A DNA stretch of 64,000 bases from the NCBI GenBank assembly GCA_963777505.1, contig CAVZQN010000004.1:1664001-1728000 (forward strand). The letters run 5' to 3'. The notes below the pieces were generated by a model that saw nothing but the letters and a program-made list of their open reading frames with translations, did no database searches and had not been told where the DNA came from. The position numbers and the translations under genes were made by a program. Each line of letters opens with the position of its first letter. The first letter of the stretch is position 1. Below, piece by piece: positions 8,582 to 19,335 of this stretch. This DNA is from an uncultured bacterium (GTDB lineage Bacteria; Acidobacteriota; HRBIN11; JAKEFK01).

Positions 8582-10614
8582 CTAAATCCCGTACTTGTCG
8601 GAATTCCAGCTAATTTTCAATTCGCTAGGTGGCGCCATATATCCGGCCATTGCGGAGGCAGCAACAACGGCAGGGCTTGCGAGATATCCTTCGCCTCCGA
8701 CACCCATACGGTTTTGCCAATTCCGATTAAATGAAGTGATTGCACGCTGTCCGGCTTTCAAAGAATCGGGGCCTTGACCAAAACATGGACCACACCACGA
8801 ATCTCGAATTTGTCCGCCAACAGAACGGAACACTTCTGCGATTGATTCGCCTCCCAGGCGTGGATCGGATACTTCAATCGCTTTTTTTACGCCTCCGGAC
8901 CCTGGGAAAATGACAAGATCGCGTGCAGTCTTGTTTAATCCCGCTCGTCTTGCTGCATGAATTACAAAAGCGGCTTGTAATAGATCATCGTAACTGCCAT
9001 TTGTACAAGAACCAATGTAAGCCTTATCAAATGGAAGTTTTTCTTGCGCAACTTCCTCCGCTGGAAACGCATTGCCAGGGCTGTAGGGTTTGGCGATCAT
9101 CGGAACAACTTCGGTAAGATCAATCATTTCATCGATCTCATAAAAAGCTTCTGCGCCAGGCTGCAAAGGAGGGTAGGGAAGTTGGGTCAATCCTTTTTGG
9201 CGATACCACTCGTAGGTTAATTCGTCCGGCGCAAAAATGCCGTTTTGTGCTTCTCCTTCTGCCATCATATTTGCAATTGTGTTTCTGTACGCGATTGGCA
9301 ATTGTTTTTCGCGATCAACAAATTCAACTGACATTCCTTGAGATTGTGCGGCACCCCAACGTTCTAATAATTTCAAAACAATATCTTTACCACTGACCCA
9401 TGCTTGTAGTTTTCCTGAAAAGATGACACGTCGCGCGCGCGCAAGTGTGAAGTAGACATATCCAGTTGACCAGCCGAATCCAAGAGTTGTGGACCCAACT
9501 CCAAATCCTACTGCTCCATACGCTCCATATGCGCGGCTGTGTGAATCTGCTCCCGGGATGAATTGTCCAGGATAAACAAGTCCTTGTTCTGGAAAATAAA
9601 AATGGAAAATGCCGTCTCCGGGATCGGCATAATATGGCTTTTTGATATTTTGAGCTTTTGCAAACTCTTTTGAAATTGCAGTTTGCTTATCATCTTCCGC
9701 TTTTCCAGTAAATACGAAATGATCGTTTGCAATCGCAGCTTGTCGTGGATAAATCGCATGACCGCCTGTGATTTGATTAAACGTATGAATTGAAAAGGGA
9801 CCGGTACCATCGGAAGCGGGCAATAAATCCGCATAAACGCGCAATGTAGCGCCTGGTTTAACTTCGGCATCTTTATCGACACGATGTGCCCAGACGATCT
9901 GTTCGGTTGTTGTCATTTTGCGCGCTGTATCAGCGTCAGGCCAAATAATTTCGGGCTTGCGTTTAACGGAACCTGGAAATTCTCTTCGGCCTAATGCGAA
10001 GATTCCACCGGTCCGACGGATCTCATCTTCTTTTGGTGTTAGCGGAAGTGGATCATAGCTTTTTCCGCGAGTTTCATTCGTCAGTTTACGGCTGGATGGT
10101 ATCAAACAAAAATTCATCTCCGTCTTGCGCATCTTCTACAGCTTCCGGAGATTGAATTACATGTAATCCAAGATTGAATGCATTCCGGCGAAAAATGTCG
10201 CCCATATTGTTGGAGCAAATGATGACCATTTCAAGTCCGACTTCTTCGGCGACCGCTTTGAGCCCTGCGGGGCTCATTTCGCGTGATGATCCAATTCCAA
10301 AACGTTCGCCTGCAATCACAAAAGTTTCTCCACGGTGTACATGCTCACGAAAGTTGGGCATTAAATACTTGAATGCTCCCTCTTTCCATTTTTCATCAAG
10401 TGAATCCAGGCTTTCTGAAACACAAAATTTGGAAGGAGTAATTTGATCGGTGTCGATGGCGTCTAGTTTTTTACCGGGCCTTTTCGGATCCCAAAAAATG
10501 AGAGCCTTCCCGCGAATCGTACGAGCTTCTGTAGAGGCGCTTCCAGTCTTCAGACTGTATCAAAGCGTCGACTTGTTTTCCGGGCTTTAGCCGGGCGGGT
10601 AATATTATATGCAT
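8582..10614 (-). pseudogene. Aconitase-family dehydratase with N-terminal LeuD-like swivel domain fused to a LeuC-like domain (~676 aa); two +1 frameshifts near 10530 and 10100, possibly assembly errors
   Basis: Joining three frames gives MHIILPARL...WKRLY / EARTIRGKALIFWDP...IDTDQITP...FGIGSSREMS...IFRRNAFNLG...EFLFD / PSSRKLTNETRG...GGIF...GADSHS...YIGSCTNG...WCGPCFG...TSFNRNWQNRMG. All three 4Fe-4S cysteines are present. Confidence 0.8.
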
Positions 10615-10635
10615 AGTACTATTTACTTAGTATAG

Positions 10636-10731
10636 TTTGTAGTAAGGCGCGCTGTCGTCGAAGGCGACAGTGCCGTGAATCATTTTTACGAAACTGCCTC
10701 ACATTCGTTCGGCTGCGTGCCTTACTACAAA
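10636..10731. repeat. Palindromic REPIN/MITE-like element, copy 1
   Basis: Terminal inverted repeat TTTGTAGTAAGGCGCGC...GCGTGCCTTACTACAAA with internal hairpins; related copy at 60717-60819. Confidence 0.75.
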
Positions 10732-10759
10732 GATGTTACGTTGTTCTCAGAATCCAATC

Positions 10760-11137
10760 TTAAATGTTGAAATCAGAACGATTCCGGCTCAGCTCAACAC
10801 CGACATACTGAAAACGCCCCTCAATCGGAGGGTTCATCTTCTTCACACGTAAATGAATCCGCTCCGCGACTGTGTTTTTGAAAATTTGCTCAAATAGATA
10901 ATAAGCAAATGCCTCTAAAAGCTTAAATTGCACTTTAGCTGAATGATCCAGAATCATATCGATGACCTTGCTATAGTTAACGGTATCTTCAAGCTGATCG
11001 CTTTTGCCAGCTTTCGATAGATCAAAAAAAAGTGCGACATCTACTTCGCAATTTCGTCGGACTTCCTGTTCTTCCTTGCGCACGCCAACCCGTACGGAGC
11101 AGTGAAGCCCTTTAATTACAATTTTGTCCTGAATCAT
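10760..11137 (-). CDS. folB: Dihydroneopterin aldolase
   Basis: DKIVIKGL...GVRKEEQ...SDQLEDTVNY...KLLEAFA...RVKK pattern of FolB. Confidence 0.88.
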   Translation of the reverse strand: MIQDKIVIKGLHCSVRVGVRKEEQEVRRNCEVDVALFFDLSKAGKSDQLEDTVNYSKVIDMILDHSAKVQFKLLEAFAYYLFEQIFKNTVAERIHLRVKKMNPPIEGRFQYVGVELSRNRSDFNI

Positions 11138-11200
11138 GATCTATCTTTCGAGCGAAACCGAATCTCCCCGTGAAAGTGAAGGAAAATGTTATTGAACACC

Positions 11201-11485
11201 CTAATGTTTGTCAACATGAGATACTGAAGATGTTTCTTCTGCATCCAGTGTTAATGCCTTCCAGCGTTCTTTCAGCATTTCAGTTGTCAGCGATGAAAGA
11301 ATGATATGCCCGCTATCGGTAATGACTACACTTCGTGTATGCCTTCCTGCAGTAGCATCAATCAGCTTCCCAATTTCATCGGCTTCCTGCTGCCATCTCC
11401 GGCCGGCCGGCGTTTTCAGTGCATAAATTTGGCGTACCCGCGCGGCCACCACAGCGTTCCCAAACCCAATCCTCAACATTCTCAT
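11201..11485 (-). CDS. DUF370 / RemA-family protein
   Basis: MRMLRIGFGNAVVAARV...KLIDATAGRHTRSVVITDSGHIILS. True start at 11485 (or 11479); the ORF-track extension overlaps the divergent gene. Confidence 0.8.
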   Translation of the reverse strand: MRMLRIGFGNAVVAARVRQIYALKTPAGRRWQQEADEIGKLIDATAGRHTRSVVITDSGHIILSSLTTEMLKERWKALTLDAEETSSVSHVDKH

Positions 11486-11543
11486 ACGTTCAAGTATAAG
11501 CTCCGGTCTCTGCGGTTCAAAATAAAGAAGATACAATGATGGA

Positions 11544-12464
11544 ATGAGTGATCTGCCATTCATCATTGTCAACCCGAAGTCAGGAAAAGGTTTATCGGAG
11601 CGGCAATGGGCTTCATTAACGATTAAGCTCCGTGAAAATCTGGGACCATTTGATTTTGGTTTAACGCGTGGTGTTGGTGACGCAACTCGAATTGCCGAAG
11701 CGGAAGCAAAAAGCGGACGTCGCTTGATTGTTGCAATGGGTGGAGATGGCACGATCTCGGAAGTTGCTACCGGGATTTTACGTTCAGGCCGAAATTCTGA
11801 ACTCGGAATCTTGCCGCATGGAACGGGAGGCGATTTACGCAGGAGTCTTGATTTTCCAACAGATCTTGCAAAAGCCGCAAGAAGACTACGGAAAGGAGAA
11901 TCTCGAAGTGTGGATATTGGCCGATTAACATATGTCGATCATGATGGGAAGGAAGCTTTGCGATATTTTGTAAACACGGCATCTTTCGGGATGAGTGGTA
12001 AGGTCGCAAGAAGAGCCAATCGATCGTCAAAACGCCTCGGTGGAAAAGTTAGTTTTGCTGTTGCGAGTCTTCATACAACTCTAACCGAATCCAATTCAGA
12101 AGTGTATTTGCATATTGATCAGCAGGAAAAGCGCAGGCTAAAAGTTGTTTCAATCTGCGTTGCAAATGGCCGGTTTTGGGGCGGCGGTATGAAGGTTGCG
12201 CCGGATGCGAAATTAAATGATGGAAAGTTTGATGTTGTCATTATTGGTGACTTTGGTTTGATGGAAATTCTTACGAAGTCGTATCGATTGTATTCAGGAA
12301 CTCATTTAAAGCTGGATAAAGTTGGATTCACACAAGCGAGTCGAATCGAGGCTTCGCCAGTGAATGGAAGTGAAGCCGTAATGCTGGAAGTTGATGGTGA
12401 AACGCCAGGTCGTTTGCCTGCAACATTTGAATTAATACCCTCTGCGCTAAAAATTCGATGTTGA
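11544..12464 (+). CDS. Diacylglycerol/lipid kinase family protein (YegS/DgkB-like)
   Basis: IVNPKSG, GGDGTISEV, LPHGTGGD, NGRFWGGGM, VDGE. Confidence 0.9.
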   Translation: MSDLPFIIVNPKSGKGLSERQWASLTIKLRENLGPFDFGLTRGVGDATRIAEAEAKSGRRLIVAMGGDGTISEVATGILRSGRNSELGILPHGTGGDLRRSLDFPTDLAKAARRLRKGESRSVDIGRLTYVDHDGKEALRYFVNTASFGMSGKVARRANRSSKRLGGKVSFAVASLHTTLTESNSEVYLHIDQQEKRRLKVVSICVANGRFWGGGMKVAPDAKLNDGKFDVVIIGDFGLMEILTKSYRLYSGTHLKLDKVGFTQASRIEASPVNGSEAVMLEVDGETPGRLPATFELIPSALKIRC

Positions 12465-12466
12465 TT

Positions 12467-12495
12467 GTAGGGGCGGGTCTAAGACCCGCCCGTAC
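12467..12495. repeat. GTAG-type REP palindrome
   Basis: GTAGGGGCGGGTCTAAGACCCGCCCGTAC. Confidence 0.75.
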
Positions 12496-12539
12496 TCCCC
12501 ACGAGGTCTTTCGTTTTCCTGTGTGATAATACGGCCAAC

Positions 12540-13871
12540 ATGTCTACAACCCTGGCTCGATCGTTGCGAGCAACGGAATATTTCACACTTGCTTTTGGAA
12601 CCATGGTTGGTGTGGGCTGGCTGATCTTGATCGATGATTGGCTGTCGCGAGGCGGACCTGGCGGCGCGATGCTCGGTTTTTTTGTGGGAGGTCTCGCTCT
12701 TGTTCCGGTCGCATATGTTTATGGCCGTTTTGTTCAAGAAATACCGGGTGCTGCGAGTGAGTTCGCGTATACCTCTACTGTTTTTCCCCGCGCAGGATTC
12801 GTTACAGCATGGATGATGACACTTGCTTACCTGATTGTGTGTCCCTGGGAAGCAGTAGCGATCGGCAAACTCGTTTCATATTTGATTCCATCAGTAAAAA
12901 CGATTGAGTTGTATAGAGTCGGACAATTTTCCGTCTATTTGCCCGCTTTGATTTTAGGGCTTGCGATCACGGCTCTCATCATTTTCTTAAATTATCGCGG
13001 CATTCGATTGAGCGCGCGTTTCTTGAATTACACAACTTTCGCACTACTCGCGTTATTTGGCGTATTTACAGTTGCTGGCTTTTCTAAAATGGAGACTCAA
13101 AATTTGCAGCCATTCTTTGCGCAAGAGTCGTCAAGCCCGTTAATGGGTGCGCTCATCTCAACGATCATGATTTTGCAAATCGTACCTTACTTTCTTACGG
13201 GCTTTGAGTCTGTACCAAAAGCTTCCGAAGAAGCGAATGAAGATTTTGCTCCGCGAGGTTTTTCAAAAGCTATTTATTTAGGTTTGGCTGCGGGTGTTTT
13301 GTTTTATGTTCTTGTGATCTGTGTTGTTAGCGGATTGACTCCCTGGCAGACATTAACTCAAGAACGATACGGAACGGCTGTGGCGTTTAATCGTGCGTTT
13401 GATTCGCCTTTTTTCGGACAAATCATTGTAATCGCTGCAATATTTTCACTGTTGAAAATATTCAATGCCAATTTTCTTGTTGCATCCCGGTTGGTTTATG
13501 CGCTTGGAAGAAGCGGTGTAATCCCAAAACAATTAGGAGCGATTCACAGCGTCTTTCAATCCCCCAAAAATGCAGTGATATTCTGCGGCGTCATTACGAT
13601 TACTGGAGCTTTCTTTGGTGATTCGATTTTGATTCCTGTAACGGAAGTTGGTTCGATGTGCTCAGCATTTGGATGGATGATGACCTGTCTTGCGTTTGCA
13701 CTTTTGAAACGAAATGTAATTGCCTGGATCGGGACGGCTGTTGCTTTTTCCTTTTTGATGTTGAAGTTGATTCCATCTATACCGGGAAGTTTTGGCAAAT
13801 GGGAGTACGTGGCCCTGTTTGGATGGATCGGTTTGGGATTTATATTGAACCGCAGAGGCGCAAAGAGTTAA
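12540..13871 (+). CDS. APC family amino acid permease
   Basis: FGTMVGVGW, GFESVPKASEE, SRLVYALGRSG; about 12 TM segments. Confidence 0.88.
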   Translation: MSTTLARSLRATEYFTLAFGTMVGVGWLILIDDWLSRGGPGGAMLGFFVGGLALVPVAYVYGRFVQEIPGAASEFAYTSTVFPRAGFVTAWMMTLAYLIVCPWEAVAIGKLVSYLIPSVKTIELYRVGQFSVYLPALILGLAITALIIFLNYRGIRLSARFLNYTTFALLALFGVFTVAGFSKMETQNLQPFFAQESSSPLMGALISTIMILQIVPYFLTGFESVPKASEEANEDFAPRGFSKAIYLGLAAGVLFYVLVICVVSGLTPWQTLTQERYGTAVAFNRAFDSPFFGQIIVIAAIFSLLKIFNANFLVASRLVYALGRSGVIPKQLGAIHSVFQSPKNAVIFCGVITITGAFFGDSILIPVTEVGSMCSAFGWMMTCLAFALLKRNVIAWIGTAVAFSFLMLKLIPSIPGSFGKWEYVALFGWIGLGFILNRRGAKS

Positions 13872-14902
13872 TCGAAGACGCCGGCGCCGAGAAAATTTTT
13901 CCGCAAGTATTCAACCGTATCAAATAATGTTTCGCCAGGATCCCGTGGCACAAATCCGATCTCACGTTGGGCTTTCGAGGAATCGACATACCAGAAATAT
14001 CGTGACATCTCCATGCTTACAGGTTCAACAGGTGGTTCTTTGCCGATCCCATCAAATATGCCTTCAATTATCTTTGATGTAACGCTGTGGAGTTTCTTGT
14101 GAACTTTGAGTCGCGGCGCTTTTACTTTGGTAATTCTTTCAAGGTGCCCGAAAAATCGCTCCAGAGGCCAATTTGGGCCGCCTAACAAATAACGTTCTCC
14201 CGGCTTTCCGCGTTGCATTGCATTGTAAAATGCGGCCGCTGTATCGCGAACATCGACAAAATTAATTCCACCTGATGGAATTGCTGGAATATCTCCGGCT
14301 ATAAACTTCAATACATCCTGCGTTGAGCTGAGTCGATCATCGCCCGGACCTAAAAGCAAACTTGGATTCAGAATCACAAGCTCTACTTGATCGCCGCATG
14401 ATCGGATCGCGGTTCTTTCTTGATACCACTTGCTTGAGTAATACGGAAATTTTGTAATGATCTCTACCGGAACAGGCCACGATTCGTCCGGATTTTCGAA
14501 GCCGTCTTCAGTAATAGCGATCGTACCGCTGCTCGATGCAAGAACAATGCGTCGTACACCTGACGCTTTCGCGGCTTCGCATAACATCCGTGTTCCATCC
14601 ACATGGATTGCATGCATATCACGTGGATCGTCTTTGCTTCGAGAGACTTTGCCGGCGAGATGGTAAATCTGTTGAATATTTTCAACGGCGACTCGAAGAA
14701 TGTCAGGCGAGGTAATGGAACCTTCAATGATTTCAACACCACTTTCATCCAGCCACTTAGGTGGATTTGTTGTTAATACCCTCACATTCTTTTCTTTTTT
14801 GAAACGCAAATAGTCCAGTAGATGTTTTCCAAGAAAACCAGTTCCGCCGGTTACAAGAATCTTATCGCTGGAATGTTTTGAGGCTTTCATTTGATGGTTC
14901 AA
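13868..14902 (-). CDS. elbE: NAD-dependent epimerase/dehydratase (extended SDR), ElbE-like
   Basis: VTGGTGFLG, YHLAG, YYSSK. Overlaps the elbD stop; start is TTG 14902 or ATG 14890. Confidence 0.75.
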   Translation of the reverse strand: MNHQMKASKHSSDKILVTGGTGFLGKHLLDYLRFKKEKNVRVLTTNPPKWLDESGVEIIEGSITSPDILRVAVENIQQIYHLAGKVSRSKDDPRDMHAIHVDGTRMLCEAAKASGVRRIVLASSSGTIAITEDGFENPDESWPVPVEIITKFPYYSSKWYQERTAIRSCGDQVELVILNPSLLLGPGDDRLSSTQDVLKFIAGDIPAIPSGGINFVDVRDTAAAFYNAMQRGKPGERYLLGGPNWPLERFFGHLERITKVKAPRLKVHKKLHSVTSKIIEGIFDGIGKEPPVEPVSMEMSRYFWYVDSSKAQREIGFVPRDPGETLFDTVEYLRKNFLGAGVFD

Positions 14903-17900
14903 TCACCAAGCGCTGAGGCCTTTTCATGAAGTTTAGGTTGGTTCTCTCGATTCCATTGATTTCGAACGGCTGTCAAATCCGGCACCGGTATTACACCATG
15001 CTTTAATTTGCGGACCATTTGTTCAACAACCAATGTAATCAAACGATAGGCCTCGTTACGCGGCATACCTTCCACGAATTTCTCAAGCGCTTCATGCGAT
15101 AAATAGGGCCCAATGATAGCTTTTACCTTTTTCTTTTTGGGAAGCTTTGATCCCTTTGGCATCGCATCATAAGTTCCACTAAGATGTATCGGCAAAATTC
15201 CACGTTTAGCGCGAAGCGCAAGGTAACCAAGGCTTGATTTGAATTCCGTAATCTGACCAGATGACGATCGCGTACCTTCCGGAAAAATCAGCAAATTAAA
15301 GCCTTTTTGTAGTGTTTGAACGGCGAGCTTTAAGGATTCGTGAATCGAACCTTCACGTTCCATCGGAATCAAATTCGTAAAATTTTCAAAGAAGGTTCGC
15401 TTTATTTTGTTGCTGAAAAAGTAATCTTTTGCAGCAAGCGCAGCCAGATTTTTTCCAGCATCCCCTAACGCTTTCTTGACAAGTCCTGTATCAAGATGTG
15501 AGCTGTGATTTGGAGCAACTATAAAATTTGTGTGAACGGGAATGTGTTGAGTTCCGCTGATTTCTGCTTTTAAGTATGAATCGTAAAAGACTTCATTCGC
15601 CCAATCCAGTGCAGCGCCGCCGGCTTCACCGATGATTCCAGGAAGGGATATTTCTTTTTCTTTCTGCGTTTCTTCTGCGATTGAGCGCTTTGCAACTGCA
15701 TGAGTTCGGGATGAAACGTGAAGGAAATCGGCAAGCTGTCTGACTGAAGTAATTGAACCAAGAGCTTCAAAAGATGGCAGCGTCCGGCCTGAATGTTCGA
15801 TTGCAGCGCCAAGCTCAGAATACATAAGACTGTCAAATCCAAGTTCATCGAATGTAGTATCACGGTGAATTTCTTCGATCGGTCTTCCACAAACAGAACT
15901 GATAATTTCTGTTAGTACCTGGAATTCGGAAGAAGCTGGCAGCTCAATCGGTGCAGCTGTGCCTTTCGCATGCAGGTCTTGAAGGATTCGGATCACCTCT
16001 CTGCGTTTTACTTTTCGAGTTCCGGTGCGCGGGAGATCCTCATCTTGAAATTCCAATGTGCTGACGCGTTTCCATACTGGAAGTCCCGAGGCGATGCGTC
16101 GAAAATGTTCTTCGATTCTTGTGCGCAGTTGAACGTGCGTCAGCGATTCATCATATGCATGGTCAGGGACAACAAGACACGCGATCCTTTCCCCGTTGTG
16201 ATCTGGCAAGCCAACAATACTCAGTTCTTTAATGTAAGGCGAATCGCGATACAAGTCTTCAATCTCATCCGGATAAATATTTTTACCACTTGGACCCAGA
16301 ATTAAATCTTTCGATCGTCCGACCAGGAATAAATTTCCATCTTCATCGATATAACCAAGATCACCGGTATGTAACCAGCCATCGATAATTGTTGAATTCG
16401 TGGCACTTTTGTTTTGATAATAGCCCGCCATGATATTTGGACCGCGCGCAATCACTTCACCGATCCCTTTTTCATTTGAATTGATGACTTTAATCTCAAC
16501 GCCAGGCAGGGCAGTTCCAACGCTTCCAATTTTTGGCTTTGACCCAGGGCGTGTGACTGAAAGAACAGGTGAACTTTCTGTAAGGCCATAGCCTTCATTC
16601 AAAGAAAATCCAAGGCCATAAAATGTTTCATAAGTCTTTTCAGAAAGTGCAGAACCGCCGCTGATTAAGAAACGGATCTTTCCACCAAGCCCATGATGAA
16701 CAGGGAAGAACAGGAATGGCCCAACATTCAATGAGGTTTTTTCGCGGACCCAATGGTTGATACTGATCAAAGATTTAACAAAACCCTCGAGCTTTTTAGA
16801 TTTATCTCCAAAACGATTTAAGATCCGCCGCTTCAATAGATCCCAAAGTGCCGGCACTCCAACAACCATCGTTACGTGACTATTTTTGAAAGCATCTGAA
16901 ATGGAATCGGATGTGAGTTCTTCCAGATATGTTATCTGCGAGCCGCGGCTGAAAGGCAGCAAAAATCCTGTAGAAAATTCAAACGTATGATGCAATGGCA
17001 GAATGCTAAGGAAGCCATCTTCGTGTGTAACATCATAAACTTTGAGCAACTGAGACATCATGCTGGTCAAATTCTTTTGGGTTAGCATGACACCTTTCGG
17101 ATTCCCGGTTGTACCCGAAGTAAATATTAAGGAGGCAATGGCGCCTGGTTTCGCTTTCGGCAATTGAGCAATTGCTTCATTTTCTTTTTCTTCATTATCC
17201 AGTTTAAAAATATCCTCAAATGTCCAAAGCTTAACTTCGAGATTTAAGTCTTGGAGCTTCTTCTCAAGTTTTGGATGTTTGCGGCGAATTTTTTCGCTAT
17301 GCACGAAGGCTTTCGCATTGCCGGCTCGCAACAGATTCACGATTTCATCCGTTGTGAGATCTTTGTCCATCGGAATACAAGTTGAACCAGCCCGGACGAC
17401 TCCCAAATAAGTGATTCCCCATTCGGGAGAGTTTTCGCCAATCAACGCAACATGATCCTCAGGTTTAATTTCGTGATTGTGCAAGAAGGCTGCAGCGCGA
17501 AGAACTAATTCGCGCAAATCACGGTACGTATATTCTTCAAGCTTGCCTTTGCGTTCCATCCGCATCGCAACGCGTTCTGCATGAAGCTTTGTAACCGAAT
17601 CGAATAATTCAGTAAGAGTTCGATATGTATAAACGCGCTTGGGTTTTGGCTTTCCGATTTCTTCCATTTTCGGAAATACCCATCGATTCAGACCAGGGAA
17701 GTGTACTTTTAACCAATAGTGATACCAGTCAAGCGTTTCAGGAGCCCAGGTTAAAATTCTGCGATCTTCTTCCGGTAGACGTTCAAAGAGAGCCCGAACG
17801 TTGTCGGCACGAAAATACAATTCATTCAATACTGTAAAGGGTCTGAATTGTTCGTAAGCTTCCAGGCCTTCGCTTATGAATGCTTCTGCATGATCTGCAG

Positions 17901-19278
17901 CTTTTTTGATTTGAGTCTTTAATCCGCTGAGAACTCCATACGATTTTGATTTTTCCAGAGTTTCCGAAATACTTTGCGCAGCATCGCGAACTCTTGGCAC
18001 AATTTTCCGGAATGGTGCATCACCAATAGCTCGTGCTTCCATTCGCGCCGCAATTGCATTCAAAAAACTGTTTCCAGTTTTTTTGTCTTGAAAATAGGAA
18101 CGTTTATAAAGTCCGAGCAAAGTGACAATCCTTCGAAGTTTTATCGGATTGCTGTCGCCTGAACAAAGTTGATAGACAAGCCGCGGTTCTTCAACAATCG
18201 TCTGTGAAGATACAGTTAGAATTGCCGATGCGACATGATCAACTGGAATGATGTCAAGAATTACATCTTGATTCAGTGGATAAAGGCTCTGTCCGTTCAG
18301 TGCAAATAGAATCAACGGTGCGGTTGTGTTAAAGCCTTCATTCCAACCTGGAAACGGATATGAAACTGAACTTTCAACAATAGCCGGACGGATAATTGCG
18401 CGTGCGATACCAGTTTCGGCAGCAATCAACTGTTCTGCCATACTTTTGGTGTAGGTATAGATATTGGGCCAGCCCCACCATTGAGCGCGTTGCAATCCAA
18501 GATCACTCATTTTATTACGGATCCAATCTTTGCGTTCGCGCGCAGCAGCAAGACTCAATGTATTCCCTTCATCAGGATCGCGTCCTTCTTCGATCAAACG
18601 CTTTCGGGCAATTGTCCGGAATTCAGCGTTCAAAGTTGCGTCAGTGGCTTCATCCACAACGTTGCGCGTCAGACGTTCGGAATCTTTTAATTCTTGTTCT
18701 ACTGAAAACTCCGCATCTTTCATCTCATCGCGTCTTGGAAAATAGCCGATGACAGGATCATCTTCCCAAATTTGACCTGAGCGGTTGCCTGCTACAAAAC
18801 ATGTGCTTGTATGAACAAATGCGGGACGCTTCATTCGCTTTACGAAAGCGATCAGATTCTTGGTCCCGGTAACATTTGTTTTCATCGCAGTTTCAAGTGG
18901 AGGGTTGAAACTGACATTTCCTGAAGAATTCAAAACAAGATCGATATCGTTTGCGATTTGTTGAGCTTGTTCTTCTGTGTAGCCAAGATTGTCATGCGTA
19001 ATATCTCCGCCAACGATGACTAGTTTTTCGCGCAAATAATCATGAACACGCTCTCCATGACGTTCACGTACTGGATCAAATGCGGGGGAAGTAAAGACAT
19101 TGTTCCAAAATCGTTCTTCGCTGTCATCGCCTGAACCGGCGCGTACCATTAAGTAGATTTTGCCAATATCAGGAAATCTCTCGAGGAGCATGCTGAGCGT
19201 TACCTTGCCCAGGAAGCCTGTTCCACCAATAAAGAAAATATTTCGGCCGCGGAATATTTCGGGGGGAGAAATTCGCAT
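14899..19278 (-). CDS. elbD: Multifunctional ether-lipid biosynthesis enzyme ElbD: fatty acyl reductase + acyl-CoA synthetase/adenylation + carrier protein + acyltransferase (~1459 aa)
   Basis: FAR motifs GGTGFLGK, YTYTK, IRPAIVES, PFPGWNEG; AMP-binding FTSGTTGNPKG and GYGLTE; phosphopantetheine site LGFDSL; PlsC motifs NHSSHLD and FPEGTRS. The domain order matches Myxococcus xanthus ElbD. ATG 19278 has TATAAT 7 nt upstream. Confidence 0.88.
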   Translation of the reverse strand: MRISPPEIFRGRNIFFIGGTGFLGKVTLSMLLERFPDIGKIYLMVRAGSGDDSEERFWNNVFTSPAFDPVRERHGERVHDYLREKLVIVGGDITHDNLGYTEEQAQQIANDIDLVLNSSGNVSFNPPLETAMKTNVTGTKNLIAFVKRMKRPAFVHTSTCFVAGNRSGQIWEDDPVIGYFPRRDEMKDAEFSVEQELKDSERLTRNVVDEATDATLNAEFRTIARKRLIEEGRDPDEGNTLSLAAARERKDWIRNKMSDLGLQRAQWWGWPNIYTYTKSMAEQLIAAETGIARAIIRPAIVESSVSYPFPGWNEGFNTTAPLILFALNGQSLYPLNQDVILDIIPVDHVASAILTVSSQTIVEEPRLVYQLCSGDSNPIKLRRIVTLLGLYKRSYFQDKKTGNSFLNAIAARMEARAIGDAPFRKIVPRVRDAAQSISETLEKSKSYGVLSGLKTQIKKAADHAEAFISEGLEAYEQFRPFTVLNELYFRADNVRALFERLPEEDRRILTWAPETLDWYHYWLKVHFPGLNRWVFPKMEEIGKPKPKRVYTYRTLTELFDSVTKLHAERVAMRMERKGKLEEYTYRDLRELVLRAAAFLHNHEIKPEDHVALIGENSPEWGITYLGVVRAGSTCIPMDKDLTTDEIVNLLRAGNAKAFVHSEKIRRKHPKLEKKLQDLNLEVKLWTFEDIFKLDNEEKENEAIAQLPKAKPGAIASLIFTSGTTGNPKGVMLTQKNLTSMMSQLLKVYDVTHEDGFLSILPLHHTFEFSTGFLLPFSRGSQITYLEELTSDSISDAFKNSHVTMVVGVPALWDLLKRRILNRFGDKSKKLEGFVKSLISINHWVREKTSLNVGPFLFFPVHHGLGGKIRFLISGGSALSEKTYETFYGLGFSLNEGYGLTESSPVLSVTRPGSKPKIGSVGTALPGVEIKVINSNEKGIGEVIARGPNIMAGYYQNKSATNSTIIDGWLHTGDLGYIDEDGNLFLVGRSKDLILGPSGKNIYPDEIEDLYRDSPYIKELSIVGLPDHNGERIACLVVPDHAYDESLTHVQLRTRIEEHFRRIASGLPVWKRVSTLEFQDEDLPRTGTRKVKRREVIRILQDLHAKGTAAPIELPASSEFQVLTEIISSVCGRPIEEIHRDTTFDELGFDSLMYSELGAAIEHSGRTLPSFEALGSITSVRQLADFLHVSSRTHAVAKRSIAEETQKEKEISLPGIIGEAGGAALDWANEVFYDSYLKAEISGTQHIPVHTNFIVAPNHSSHLDTGLVKKALGDAGKNLAALAAKDYFFSNKIKRTFFENFTNLIPMEREGSIHESLKLAVQTLQKGFNLLIFPEGTRSSSGQITEFKSSLGYLALRAKRGILPIHLSGTYDAMPKGSKLPKKKKVKAIIGPYLSHEALEKFVEGMPRNEAYRLITLVVEQMVRKLKHGVIPVPDLTAVRNQWNRENQPKLHEKASALGD

Positions 19279-19335
19279 GCCAGAAATTATAGTGGATAGC
19301 GTCTTAAACCTCAAAGTATGGGCAGCTAGCCCTCG

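Noticed and set aside
10086-10132. Programmed ribosomal frameshift
   Set aside because: No slippery heptamer or stimulatory structure is seen, and similar single-base indels occur in unrelated genes.
11486-11752. N-terminal extension of the 183-aa ORF, and similar extensions at 39833-39892, 52647-52691, 34846-34914 and 31733-31936
   Set aside because: They overlap a divergent gene, a REP or intergenic DNA, or belong to the upstream gene; homology starts at the downstream ATG.
14899-19278. NRPS or carboxylic acid reductase secondary-metabolite gene
   Set aside because: No condensation domain; the reductase is N-terminal and FAR-type, and the C-terminus is a PlsC acyltransferase, which is the ElbD architecture.
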